The notes under the pieces are model-generated. The model did no database searches and was not told the origin of the DNA. It saw nothing but the letters and a program-made list of their open reading frames with translations. This document shows, one piece after another, positions 1 through 9,154 of a DNA stretch of 64,000 nt. The DNA is from Escherichia coli (lineage in GTDB: Bacteria; Pseudomonadota; Gammaproteobacteria; Enterobacterales; Enterobacteriaceae), in NCBI RefSeq assembly GCF_050920415.1, contig NZ_CP169309.1. One strand, 5' to 3'. Position 1 is the stretch's first letter. Each line of letters begins with the position of its first letter. The translations under genes were made by a program, and so were the position numbers.

Positions 1-235
1 CAAAATATTCAATATTTATATATTTCAATGTCTATTCATTTTATATGTGAATATATCAACCAGCAGAATACCTGTGTTCTAATTATTTTTAAATATTTTG
101 AATGAATGCTTATTGTCTGATACACAAGAAATAACTCTCTTTTTATCGTTAAAAGATGATATTTCACTTTGCCCGCGCCGTGAAAGTCACTGATAATGCG
201 TTCGTTCGTAAATTCAAAATGGCGTAATCTAATAT

Positions 236-1735
236 ATGCTAAATTTATTTGTTGGCCTTGATATATACACAGGGCTTTTGTTATTACTTGCTCTGGCATT
301 TGTGTTGTTCTACGAAGCAATCAATGGTTTTCATGACACGGCGAATGCGGTGGCAACCGTTATTTATACTCGTGCCATGCAGCCACAGCTTGCCGTGGTG
401 ATGGCGGCATTTTTTAACTTTTTTGGCGTATTGCTAGGCGGACTTAGCGTTGCCTATGCCATTGTCCATATGTTGCCAACCGATTTGTTGCTGAATATGG
501 GGTCAACTCACGGCCTGGCGATGGTCTTTTCCATGCTGCTGGCGGCGATTATCTGGAACCTGGGAACGTGGTTCTTTGGTTTACCGGCCTCCAGTTCGCA
601 TACCTTGATTGGTGCGATTATCGGCATCGGTTTAACCAACGCGCTTTTAACCGGCTCATCGGTGATGGATGCGTTAAACCTGCGTGAAGTGACCAAAATT
701 TTCTCCTCGCTGATTGTTTCCCCTATCGTCGGCCTGGTCATTGCGGGAGGCCTGATATTCCTGCTGCGCCGCTACTGGAGCGGGACGAAAAAGCGTGACC
801 GTATTCACCGCATTCCGGAAGATCGCAAAAAGAAAAAAGGCAAACGTAAGCCACCATTCTGGACGCGTATTGCGCTGATTGTTTCCGCTGCGGGCGTGGC
901 GTTTTCGCACGGCGCGAACGACGGGCAGAAAGGGATCGGACTGGTGATGCTGGTACTGGTGGGGATTGCTCCTGCTGGTTTCGTCGTCAATATGAATGCG
1001 TCCGGCTATGAAATTACCCGTACCCGCGATGCCGTCACCAACTTTGAACACTATCTGCAACAGCATCCTGAACTGCCGCAGAAGTTGATTGCGATGGAAC
1101 CTCCATTGCCTGCGGCATCGACTGATGGCACGCAAGTAACGGAGTTTCATTGTCATCCGGCAAATACCTTTGATGCGATTGCGCGCGTTAAAACGATGTT
1201 GCCAGGTAATATGGAAAGCTACGAGCCGTTAAGCGTGAGTCAGCGCAGCCAGCTGCGCCGCATTATGCTGTGCATCTCTGATACCTCTGCGAAGCTGGCG
1301 AAACTGCCAGGCGTCAGTAAAGAAGATCAGAACCTGCTGAAAAAACTGCGCAGCGATATGTTAAGCACCATTGAGTACGCTCCGGTGTGGATCATCATGG
1401 CGGTAGCACTGGCGCTCGGCATTGGCACCATGATTGGCTGGCGTCGTGTAGCGATGACCATCGGTGAGAAGATTGGTAAGCGCGGCATGACGTATGCGCA
1501 AGGCATGGCGGCACAAATGACGGCGGCAGTGTCTATCGGCCTTGCCAGTTATATTGGGATGCCCGTCTCCACAACGCACGTCCTCTCGTCTGCGGTAGCA
1601 GGGACGATGGTGGTGGACGGCGGTGGGTTACAGCGTAAAACGGTAACCAGCATCCTGATGGCGTGGGTGTTTACTTTACCGGCGGCGATTTTTCTGTCTG
1701 GTGGGTTGTACTGGATAGCATTGCAGTTGATTTAA
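236..1735 (+). CDS. pitB: Low-affinity inorganic phosphate transporter, PiT family
   Basis: 499 aa ORF that aligns by eye along its length with E. coli PitA/PitB (N-terminus [26 protein letters not shown]-terminal [22 protein letters not shown]). It differs from PitA at many positions and sits next to yghT, so it is the pitB paralog. Confidence 0.9.
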   Translation: MLNLFVGLDIYTGLLLLLALAFVLFYEAINGFHDTANAVATVIYTRAMQPQLAVVMAAFFNFFGVLLGGLSVAYAIVHMLPTDLLLNMGSTHGLAMVFSMLLAAIIWNLGTWFFGLPASSSHTLIGAIIGIGLTNALLTGSSVMDALNLREVTKIFSSLIVSPIVGLVIAGGLIFLLRRYWSGTKKRDRIHRIPEDRKKKKGKRKPPFWTRIALIVSAAGVAFSHGANDGQKGIGLVMLVLVGIAPAGFVVNMNASGYEITRTRDAVTNFEHYLQQHPELPQKLIAMEPPLPAASTDGTQVTEFHCHPANTFDAIARVKTMLPGNMESYEPLSVSQRSQLRRIMLCISDTSAKLAKLPGVSKEDQNLLKKLRSDMLSTIEYAPVWIIMAVALALGIGTMIGWRRVAMTIGEKIGKRGMTYAQGMAAQMTAAVSIGLASYIGMPVSTTHVLSSAVAGTMVVDGGGLQRKTVTSILMAWVFTLPAAIFLSGGLYWIALQLI

Positions 1736-1743
1736 CCTTCCTG

Positions 1744-1780
1744 AAAATGCCCGGTCCTGACGATCGGGCATTTCCATTTT
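1744..1780. terminator. Stem-loop between convergent pitB and yghT, likely bidirectional terminator
   Basis: Inverted repeat AAATGCCCG / CGGGCATTT with an 11 nt loop, followed by a T-rich run on the + strand, in the 48 bp gap between the two convergent stop codons. Confidence 0.5.
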
Positions 1781-1783
1781 TGA

Positions 1784-2476
1784 CTAGTGATAACCACACG
1801 CGGTCATAAAATCCGTAATCGCTTTTTCTGCATCAACCAGCACCTTTTCCAGTGGCTGATTGGCGTCGATATCAACCAGTTGTGCACCACCAAAGGTTAA
1901 CTGTGGCGTTATGGCAATCTTTCTCGCCAGCGATTCCCGTTTATGGTCGGGTTTACGCGCGCAGGCAACTTCAAGGTCAACATTGAGTTTGATAACCAGA
2001 TCAGGCTTATGGCTCGCCATCCAGTGAAATGCTTTACGTTCCTGGCTTGCCAGCCATGAGACAAACCGGCCGCCTTCAACGTTAGGTGGGAACACCGTAC
2101 CATCGTAAGCGCCAGGAATTTGGTCCTGAGGATAACGATCGGTTAAGACAATCAGCCCGCGACGACGACAGGCGAGCATATGACGAAAGCGTAACAGTCG
2201 GCGGGCGACGAAAGCGGTGATCACCAGGGCCGGAACCGGACCCGGCAATTTTTTTGCCGTTTTCACTTCATTTTTTTCAATAGTCTTGTGCAGAGACTTT
2301 CCCATCAACGGTAATTTTGTCACTGCACGACCGACATTTCCGGCCTGTTTTCCTAAATGAACTCTTTCGGCAGCACCATATTTTTCGACAACGGTAATAA
2401 GATGTTCACACACCGTTGACTTGCCTGAACCATCGCTACCAATAACGGCAATTAATGGAGGTGTTATTGACTGCAT
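1784..2476 (-). CDS. yghT: P-loop NTPase, kinase-like (Walker A plus DRY motif); paralog of YghS and YghR
   Basis: 230 aa. Walker [14 protein letters not shown], then LTDRYPQD and ARKPDH motifs shared with the next two genes. No ABC signature (LSGGQ). The fold call (thymidylate/nucleoside kinase-like) is by motif only. Confidence 0.8.
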   Translation of the reverse strand: MQSITPPLIAVIGSDGSGKSTVCEHLITVVEKYGAAERVHLGKQAGNVGRAVTKLPLMGKSLHKTIEKNEVKTAKKLPGPVPALVITAFVARRLLRFRHMLACRRRGLIVLTDRYPQDQIPGAYDGTVFPPNVEGGRFVSWLASQERKAFHWMASHKPDLVIKLNVDLEVACARKPDHKRESLARKIAITPQLTFGGAQLVDIDANQPLEKVLVDAEKAITDFMTACGYH

Positions 2477-2556
2477 GAATATATCCTTAAATTTAAATAT
2501 CCATCCAAAATATTTATTTGGTTAATATGTTTTTATGAAAGCGTAATTCAGGTCAA

Positions 2557-2581
2557 TGTCACAATTAACCATTGTCACAAT
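2557..2581. promoter_or_regulatory. Direct repeat TGTCACAAT x2 in the divergent yghT/yghS promoter region, candidate operator
   Basis: TGTCACAAT at 2557-2565 and again at 2573-2581, 16 bp apart centre to centre, inside the 173 bp AT-rich divergent intergenic region. Confidence 0.3.
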
Positions 2582-2649
2582 AAGGTTGAACGGATATTCT
2601 GAGCACGGACCACGTAATATTCAATACATTATTTGCTGCCGGGTTTTTC

Positions 2650-3363
2650 GTGAATCAACGTAATATGTCAATAATTAATTCCACGCCAGTGCGTGTTATT
2701 GCCATTGTAGGATGTGATGGTTCAGGTAAATCGACCCTCACGGCAAGCCTGGTAAATGAACTGGCAGCAACAATGCCAACAGAACACATTTATCTCGGGC
2801 AATCGTCCGGGCGAATTGGCGAATGGATTTCACAGCTCCCTGTTATTGGCGCACCTTTTGGGCGTTATCTGCGAAGTAAAGCGGCACATGTGCACGAAAA
2901 GCCCTCCACACCGCCTGGCAATATTACTGCGCTGGTTATCTATCTGCTTTCCTGCTGGCGGGCGTATAAGTTTCGCAAAATGTTGTGTAAAAGCCAGCAA
3001 GGCTATCTGCTCATCACCGACCGCTACCCGCAGGTTGAAGTGCCGGGTTTTCGCTTTGATGGCCCGCAACTGGCAAAAAACACGGGCGGTAACGGCTGGA
3101 TAAAAATGTTAAGACAGCGCGAGCTCAAACTTTACCAATGGATGGCGTCTTATTTGCCCGTATTGTTGATTCGTCTTGGCATTGATGAACAAACCGCGTT
3201 TGCGCGTAAACCTGACCACCAACTGGCGGCGTTACAGGAAAAAATCGCTGTTACGCCGCAACTGACATTCAATGGTGCAAAGATCCTTGAACTGGATGGT
3301 CGGCAACCCGCCGATGAAATTCTGCAAGCGTCACTACGCGCAATTCACGCCGCGCTTTCCTGA
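2650..3363 (+). CDS. yghS: P-loop NTPase, kinase-like; paralog of YghT and YghR
   Basis: 237 aa. Walker A IAIVGCDGSGKST, ITDRYPQ, ARKPDHQLAALQEKIAVTPQLTF; collinear with YghT. Confidence 0.8.
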   Translation: MNQRNMSIINSTPVRVIAIVGCDGSGKSTLTASLVNELAATMPTEHIYLGQSSGRIGEWISQLPVIGAPFGRYLRSKAAHVHEKPSTPPGNITALVIYLLSCWRAYKFRKMLCKSQQGYLLITDRYPQVEVPGFRFDGPQLAKNTGGNGWIKMLRQRELKLYQWMASYLPVLLIRLGIDEQTAFARKPDHQLAALQEKIAVTPQLTFNGAKILELDGRQPADEILQASLRAIHAALS

Positions 3364-3393
3364 TCACCAAATGGATAGGGGATGATTTAACGA

Positions 3394-4152
3394 ATGGATG
3401 CACTACAAACACAAACTGTTAATAGTACAACCGCGCCGCAGCCCAACTACATTCCGGGGCTGATTGCGGTGGTCGGGTGTGATGGCACCGGTAAATCCAC
3501 ACTGACCACTGACCTGGTGAAATCGCTGCAACAACACTGGCAAACCGAGCGCCGCTATCTGGGGCTGCTCTCCGGCGAAGACGGCGACAAAATCAAACGG
3601 TTGCCGCTCGTTGGCGTCTGGCTGGAACGGCGACTGGCGGCCAAATCCTCGAAAACCCAAAGCATGAAAACCAAATCTCCGGCGCTATGGGCGGCGGTGA
3701 TTATGTACTGCTTCTCGCTGCGAAGAATGGCGAATCTACGCAAGGTTCAGCGACTGGCGCAAAGTGGCGTTCTGGTGGTCAGCGATCGCTTCCCGCAGGC
3801 TGAAATTTCGGGCTTTTATTATGACGGACCGGGGATTGGCATCGAGCGTGCGACCGGGAAAATCAGCATGTTTCTGGCCCAGCGCGAACGGCGTTTATAC
3901 CAAAAAATGGCGCAATACCGTCCTGAATTAATTATTCGTTTGGGGATTGATATTGATACTGCCATCTCCCGCAAGCCTGACCATGACTATGCCGAGCTGC
4001 AGGACAAAATCGGTGTCATGTCGACGATTGGCTATAACGGCACAAAAATTCTTGAGATTGATTCCAGAGCGCCCTACAGCGAAGTGCTGGAACAGGCACA
4101 GAAGGCGGTTTCTCTGGTTGCAATCGTTTCTGACCGCCGAAGTTTAACTTAA
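3394..4152 (+). CDS. yghR: P-loop NTPase, kinase-like; paralog of YghT and YghS
   Basis: 252 aa. Walker A IAVVGCDGTGKST, VSDRFPQ, SRKPDHDYAELQDKIG; third copy of the same fold. Confidence 0.8.
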   Translation: MDALQTQTVNSTTAPQPNYIPGLIAVVGCDGTGKSTLTTDLVKSLQQHWQTERRYLGLLSGEDGDKIKRLPLVGVWLERRLAAKSSKTQSMKTKSPALWAAVIMYCFSLRRMANLRKVQRLAQSGVLVVSDRFPQAEISGFYYDGPGIGIERATGKISMFLAQRERRLYQKMAQYRPELIIRLGIDIDTAISRKPDHDYAELQDKIGVMSTIGYNGTKILEIDSRAPYSEVLEQAQKAVSLVAIVSDRRSLT

Positions 4153-4197
4153 GGTTGGCGGGATACTTTTTATTATCAACGATAAGGTCAGGCTGAA

Positions 4198-5547
4198 TTG
4201 GCGGGGTTTAACATCAAACATTGGTTTGCAGATGGCGCGTTTCGCACCATTATTCGCAATAGCGCCTGGTTAGGCTCCAGTAATGTCGTGAGCGCTTTGC
4301 TGGGTCTGTTGGCGCTCTCGTGTGCCGGTAAAGGGATGACGCCCGCCATGTTTGGCGTACTGGTGATTGTGCAATCGTACGCCAAGTCGATCAGCGATTT
4401 TATTAAGTTTCAGACATGGCAGCTGGTGGTTCAGTACGGAACGCCAGCCTTGACCAATAATAATCCGCAGCAATTTCGCAATGTCGTCTCATTTTCCTTC
4501 TCGTTGGATATCGTCAGCGGCGCGGTGGCGATTGTCGGCGGCATTGCCTTACTCCCTTTTCTTTCCCATTCATTAGGTCTGGATGACCAAAGCTTTTGGC
4601 TGGCAGCGCTGTATTGCACGCTCATTCCTTCAATGGCTTCCTCCACACCGACCGGCATTCTGCGTGCAGTAGATCGCTTCGATTTGATTGCTGTACAGCA
4701 GGCGACGAAACCTTTTCTGCGCGCAGCGGGGAGCGTCGTAGCCTGGTATTTTGATTTTGGTTTTGCGGGTTTTGTTATTGCCTGGTACGCATCGAATCTG
4801 GTTGGCGGCACCATGTACTGGTGGTTTGCCGCGCGCGAATTACGCCGCAGAAATATCCATAACGCCTTCAAATTGAATCTGTTTGAGTCTGCCCGACACA
4901 TTAAAGGCGCGTGGAGTTTTGTCTGGTCAACCAACATTGCCCACTCCATCTGGTCGGCACGTAACTCGTGCAGCACAGTGTTGGTGGGGATCGTGTTAGG
5001 ACCCGCTGCCGCCGGGTTATTTAAAATCGCCATGACATTCTTCGATGCCGCCGGAACGCCAGCGGGTTTACTGGGCAAAAGTTTTTACCCAGAGGTGATG
5101 CGTTTAGATCCGCGTACCACCAGACCGTGGTTGTTAGGCGTGAAGTCCGGTTTACTGGCGGGCGGAATCGGTATTCTGGTGGCGCTCGCGGTGTTGATCG
5201 TCGGCAAGCCGCTCATTTCGCTGGTGTTTGGCGTTAAGTATCTCGAAGCGTATGACCTGATTCAGGTGATGCTTGGCGCAATTGTGATTTCGATGCTGGG
5301 CTTCCCACAGGAGTCATTGCTATTGATGGCGGGAAAACAGCGCGCTTTTCTCGTGGCGCAAACCATCGCCTCAATCGGCTACATCGTATTGCTGTTCATG
5401 TTCTGTCATCTGTTTGGCGTGCTGGGGGCTGCATTTGCTTACTTCGGTGGGCAATGTCTGGATGTGGTGCTCTCGTTAATTCCAACCTTAAAGGCATTTT
5501 TTCAGCGCCATTCCTTGCTTTATAACGCAGCCGGAGAGAAATCCTGA
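4198..5547 (+). CDS. yghQ: Multi-pass inner-membrane protein, MOP/polysaccharide-biosynthesis (Wzx/MurJ-like) flippase family
   Basis: 449 aa, highly hydrophobic throughout with many predicted TM segments. The track start is a TTG; the true start may be the internal ATG at about 4333. The stop overlaps the next ORF's start (TGATG). Confidence 0.7.
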   Translation: MAGFNIKHWFADGAFRTIIRNSAWLGSSNVVSALLGLLALSCAGKGMTPAMFGVLVIVQSYAKSISDFIKFQTWQLVVQYGTPALTNNNPQQFRNVVSFSFSLDIVSGAVAIVGGIALLPFLSHSLGLDDQSFWLAALYCTLIPSMASSTPTGILRAVDRFDLIAVQQATKPFLRAAGSVVAWYFDFGFAGFVIAWYASNLVGGTMYWWFAARELRRRNIHNAFKLNLFESARHIKGAWSFVWSTNIAHSIWSARNSCSTVLVGIVLGPAAAGLFKIAMTFFDAAGTPAGLLGKSFYPEVMRLDPRTTRPWLLGVKSGLLAGGIGILVALAVLIVGKPLISLVFGVKYLEAYDLIQVMLGAIVISMLGFPQESLLLMAGKQRAFLVAQTIASIGYIVLLFMFCHLFGVLGAAFAYFGGQCLDVVLSLIPTLKAFFQRHSLLYNAAGEKS

Positions 5548-5993
5548 TGATGAGAAAATATTTCCCGCTTGAGGCGAGCGAGCGTCTATTTATTGCAGTT
5601 GAAGAAGATGATGTCGTTGATGCGCAGGTCAGTTTACCGCCGACTATCGCAACAGGTTGTACCACCGAAATCATTCATGATAATTACGCGTTATGCCTGC
5701 AATTCTGGCTGAATGGCGTTGATCGTCAGGAATTACTGCGTTTAATCCACAAACAAGCCAAAGGCGAGGGGCTTACGGCTGACGAGCGTAAACAGTTTAA
5801 ATATATGCGGGCGCGTTATAAGCATCTACGTTTTGCCCAACGGTTGTATTTAAAAAAGCATCAGGCCGGATTTTTATTTGGCAAAACGACCGTTTTTCTT
5901 GGACGTTTTCAGGACGGCTTTCGTAACGGTAAGAAAAATATTGTGTCGTTTTACGGCAACCTTTTACGGATTTATTTAAGCTCTCCGGTCTAG
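5547..5993 (+). CDS. Hypothetical protein, no recognisable motif
   Basis: 148 aa ORF whose ATG overlaps the yghQ stop (translational coupling), same strand as neighbours. Basic, soluble-looking. Confidence 0.5.
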   Translation: MMRKYFPLEASERLFIAVEEDDVVDAQVSLPPTIATGCTTEIIHDNYALCLQFWLNGVDRQELLRLIHKQAKGEGLTADERKQFKYMRARYKHLRFAQRLYLKKHQAGFLFGKTTVFLGRFQDGFRNGKKNIVSFYGNLLRIYLSSPV

Positions 5994-6371
5994 TTGTTGG
6001 TGAACTATTCATTACGCCATAGCCAGTTAGAAAGCGTAAGCGGTTTTATTGCCTATCGGCAAAAGCAAATGCACCTCCTGAAAGAGATTATTGCCAAACC
6101 ACGGCTAACTGGCAGGGAATTTCATGATGTACGAAAAATAATCAGCCAGCAGGTTTCTTATTACGACACCCTAAGATCGCTTGATCCTGAAAATAAAGAA
6201 GCGTTACAGATTTCCCGCTTCCTCGCCGCCATTAATGGCCTGATGGGGGATAAACACGACGACATGGTGGCGGATGATATGGAAAACCGCCAGTCGTATG
6301 ATGCACCGATGGCGCTGGATAGCGATATTCGTCAGCGCTTAGAACTGCTGATTTCGCGTTTTCCGCTATAA
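5994..6371 (+). CDS. Hypothetical protein, start uncertain
   Basis: 125 aa ORF immediately after the previous stop. The track start is TTG; the first in-frame ATG is at about 6069. No motif recognised. Confidence 0.35.
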   Translation: MLVNYSLRHSQLESVSGFIAYRQKQMHLLKEIIAKPRLTGREFHDVRKIISQQVSYYDTLRSLDPENKEALQISRFLAAINGLMGDKHDDMVADDMENRQSYDAPMALDSDIRQRLELLISRFPL

Positions 6372-6379
6372 CCGGAGCA

Positions 6380-6943
6380 ATGATGTCATCTCGTTTGATT
6401 ATTGCGCTGATTATCATGCTCTTAGCCCCGGGTGTGCAGGCGCACAATTTCGTCACTGGTAAAACGGTTACCCCTGTTTATATCCAGGAAGGCGGCGAGC
6501 TGCTTCTGAATAGCGACGACGAAATTCACTACCAAAAGTGGAACAGCACACAGCTGGCGGGAAAAGTCCGCATTATTCAGTATATCGCCGGGCGTAAGTC
6601 GGCGAAGAAAAAGAACTCACTGTTAATTAAAGCGGTTGAAGCGGCAAACTTTCCGCAGGATCGTTTTCAGCCCACCACCATTGTGAACACCGATGATGCC
6701 ATCTTTGGTACTGGCTATTTTGTCGTTGGCAAAATCGAAAAAAATAAACGCCGCTATCCGTGGGCGCAATTCGTTATTGACGGCAATGGACAGGGACGCG
6801 TTGTCTGGCGGTTGCCGGAGCAGAGTTCAACCATTCTGGTGCTGAATAAAGCCGGGCAAATTCAGTGGGCAAAGGACGGCAGCCTGACGCCGGAAGAGGT
6901 AGATCATGTCATTGCGCTGGCGCAGAAGCTGATCAATGAATAA
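6380..6943 (+). CDS. Secreted/periplasmic protein with cleavable signal peptide, function unknown
   Basis: 187 aa. N-terminus MMSSRLIIALIIMLLAPGVQA|HN is a typical Sec signal peptide. It lies directly upstream of the LptF/LptG-like pair. Any YtfJ-like or LptA/LptC-like assignment is unverified. Confidence 0.6.
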   Translation: MMSSRLIIALIIMLLAPGVQAHNFVTGKTVTPVYIQEGGELLLNSDDEIHYQKWNSTQLAGKVRIIQYIAGRKSAKKKNSLLIKAVEAANFPQDRFQPTTIVNTDDAIFGTGYFVVGKIEKNKRRYPWAQFVIDGNGQGRVVWRLPEQSSTILVLNKAGQIQWAKDGSLTPEEVDHVIALAQKLINE

Positions 6944-6973
6944 AAAACTCAAAGGATTGAGGGCGTTAGTGAG

Positions 6974-8044
6974 ATGAAGCTGGTTGAACACTACATCATG
7001 CGTGGTACGCGCCGTCTGGTGCTGATTATCGTCGGTTTTCTGATCTTTATTTTCGCCAGCTACTCCGCACAGCGTTATCTGACCGAAGCGGCAAATGGGA
7101 CATTAGCTCTTGATGTTGTGCTGGATATTGTTTTCTACAAGGTGCTGATTGCACTGGAGATGTTGTTACCTGTTGGACTGTATGTGTCAGTTGGCGTGAC
7201 GCTAGGGCAGATGTATACCGACTCGGAAATTACCGCTATTTCTGCGGCGGGGGGGAGTCCGGGACGCTTGTACAAAGCCGTTCTTTATCTGGCGATACCG
7301 CTAAGTATTTTTGTCACCCTTCTGTCGATGTATGGTCGTCCGTGGGCTTATGCGCAGATTTATCAACTGGAGCAACAGTCGCAGTCGGAGCTGGATGTTC
7401 GCCAGTTGCGGGCAAAGAAATTTAACACTAACGATAACGGACGAATGATCCTTTCGCAGACGGTTGATCAGGATAATAATCGCCTGACTGACGTGCTGAT
7501 TTATACTTCTACTGCCAATCGAACCCGTATTTTCCGCGCCCGTTCGGTTGATGTAGTTGACCCATCACCCGAGAAACCGACCGTTATGTTGCATAACGGG
7601 ACCGCCTATCTTCTCGATCATCAGGGGCGTGACGACAACGAACAGATCTACCGTAATCTGCAATTGCATCTGAATCCGCTGGATCAAAGCCCTAACGTCA
7701 AACGCAAAGCAAAATCGGTCACGGAGCTGGCGCGCTCCGCCTTTCCTGCCGATCATGCCGAACTGCAATGGCGACAAAGCCGTGGCCTGACAGCATTGTT
7801 GATGGCGCTGCTGGCCATTTCATTAAGTCGGGTAAAACCGCGGCAAGGGCGATTTTCAACGTTATTGCCACTGACGTTGCTGTTTGTTGCCATTTTTTAT
7901 GGCGGCGACGTCTGCCGTACGCTGGTGGCTAACGGCGCGATTCCCCTCATTCCTGGTTTGTGGTTAGTACCCGGACTCATGCTAATGGGCCTGCTGATGC
8001 TGGTCGCACGCGACTTCTCTTTGCTGCAGAAATTTTCCCGATGA
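6974..8044 (+). CDS. LptF/LptG-family (YjgP/YjgQ) permease, paralog 1
   Basis: 356 aa. N-terminal TM helix, then a large periplasmic domain and C-terminal TM bundle, matching the LptF/LptG topology. Stop overlaps the next start (ATGA). Confidence 0.8.
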   Translation: MKLVEHYIMRGTRRLVLIIVGFLIFIFASYSAQRYLTEAANGTLALDVVLDIVFYKVLIALEMLLPVGLYVSVGVTLGQMYTDSEITAISAAGGSPGRLYKAVLYLAIPLSIFVTLLSMYGRPWAYAQIYQLEQQSQSELDVRQLRAKKFNTNDNGRMILSQTVDQDNNRLTDVLIYTSTANRTRIFRARSVDVVDPSPEKPTVMLHNGTAYLLDHQGRDDNEQIYRNLQLHLNPLDQSPNVKRKAKSVTELARSAFPADHAELQWRQSRGLTALLMALLAISLSRVKPRQGRFSTLLPLTLLFVAIFYGGDVCRTLVANGAIPLIPGLWLVPGLMLMGLLMLVARDFSLLQKFSR

Positions 8045-9120
8045 ATGTTTTCAGTCGCTATTTAATTCGTCATCTCTTTCTCGGTTTTGCCGCCGCCGCA
8101 GGGCTATTGCTGCCGCTCTTTACCACCTTCAACCTGATTAACGAACTGGATGATGTCAGCCCGGGTGGTTATCGCTGGACTCAGGCGGTGCTGGTGGTGC
8201 TGATGACCTTACCGCGCACACTGGTCGAACTTTCGCCGTTTATCGCCTTATTGGGAGGGATTGTCGGCCTGGGGCAGTTATCGAAAAACAGTGAGCTTAC
8301 CGCCATTCGCAGCACGGGGTTTTCTATCTTCCGTATTGCACTGGTGGCGCTGGTTGCCGGGATATTGTGGACTGTTTCATTAGGCACGATAGATGAGTGG
8401 GTGGCGTCGCCATTGCAGCAACAGGCGCTGCAAATCAAATCGACTGCCACTGCGTTGGGGGAGGACGATGACATTACCGGCAATATGCTGTGGGCCAGGC
8501 GTGGTAATGAATTTGTGACGGTGAAATCGCTGAACGAGCAGGGCCAGCCGGTGGGCGTGGAGATATTTCATTACCGCGACGATCTCTCGCTCGAATCCTA
8601 CATTTATGCACGCAGTGCCACCATTGAAGACGACAAAACGTGGATCCTGCATGGTGTGAATCATAAAAAATGGCTGAATGGCAAAGAAACGCTGGAAACA
8701 TCTGATAATCTTGCCTGGCAATCGGCCTTCACCAGTATGAATCTTGAAGAGTTATCGATGCCGGGAAATACTTTTTCTGTCCGTCAACTTAATCATTACA
8801 TCCATTATTTGCAGGAAACCGGGCAACCCAGCAGCGAATACCGCTTTGCACTGTGGGAAAAACTGGGACAACCCATCTTGACCCTTGCGATGATTTTGCT
8901 GGCTGTGCCGTTTACCTTTAGTGCCCCGCGTTCGCCTGGGATGGGTAGCCGTCTCGCTGTAGGCGTCATCGTGGGGTTACTCACCTGGAGCAGCTATCAA
9001 ATCATGGTCAATCTGGGATTGCTATTTGCGTTGAGCGCACCTGTTACCGCGCTCGGTTTACCGATAGCGTTTATGCTGGTGGCGTTGAGCCTGGTGTATT
9101 GGTATGACAGTCAACATTAA
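8041..9120 (+). CDS. LptF/LptG-family (YjgP/YjgQ) permease, paralog 2
   Basis: Start taken at the ATG at 8041 (MNVFSRYLIRHLFLGF...), not the longer track ORF from 7960. LGQLSKNSELTAIRSTGFS parallels LptG LGMLAQRSELVVMQASGFT. Periplasmic middle domain and C-terminal TMs. Confidence 0.8.
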   Translation: MNVFSRYLIRHLFLGFAAAAGLLLPLFTTFNLINELDDVSPGGYRWTQAVLVVLMTLPRTLVELSPFIALLGGIVGLGQLSKNSELTAIRSTGFSIFRIALVALVAGILWTVSLGTIDEWVASPLQQQALQIKSTATALGEDDDITGNMLWARRGNEFVTVKSLNEQGQPVGVEIFHYRDDLSLESYIYARSATIEDDKTWILHGVNHKKWLNGKETLETSDNLAWQSAFTSMNLEELSMPGNTFSVRQLNHYIHYLQETGQPSSEYRFALWEKLGQPILTLAMILLAVPFTFSAPRSPGMGSRLAVGVIVGLLTWSSYQIMVNLGLLFALSAPVTALGLPIAFMLVALSLVYWYDSQH

Positions 9121-9121
9121 A

Positions 9122-9148
9122 CCCGCCGTGGCGCAGCACCACAGCGGG
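9122..9148. terminator. Imperfect hairpin at the convergent junction of the two opposing operons
   Basis: CCCGCCGTGG ... CCACAGCGGG with one mismatch, in the 34 bp between the permease stop (9120) and the synthase stop (9155-9157). Confidence 0.3.
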
Positions 9149-9154
9149 CTCACA

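Noticed and set aside
36-320. 94 aa minus-strand ORF upstream of pitB
   Set aside because: It lies in AT-rich promoter DNA, overlaps the pitB start, and has no recognisable motif. Probably a spurious ORF.
674-1156. 160 aa minus-strand ORF inside pitB
   Set aside because: Antisense to a well-supported coding gene; no independent support.
2650-4152. YghS/YghR as the missing ABC ATPase for the LptF/LptG-like permeases
   Set aside because: They have a Walker A motif but lack the ABC signature (LSGGQ), Q-loop and H-loop. The DRY motif points to a small-molecule kinase fold instead.
7960-8040. Extended N-terminus of the second LptF/LptG-like permease
   Set aside because: It overlaps the upstream permease. 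The ATG at 8041 gives a canonical N-terminus and an ATGA stop/start overlap.
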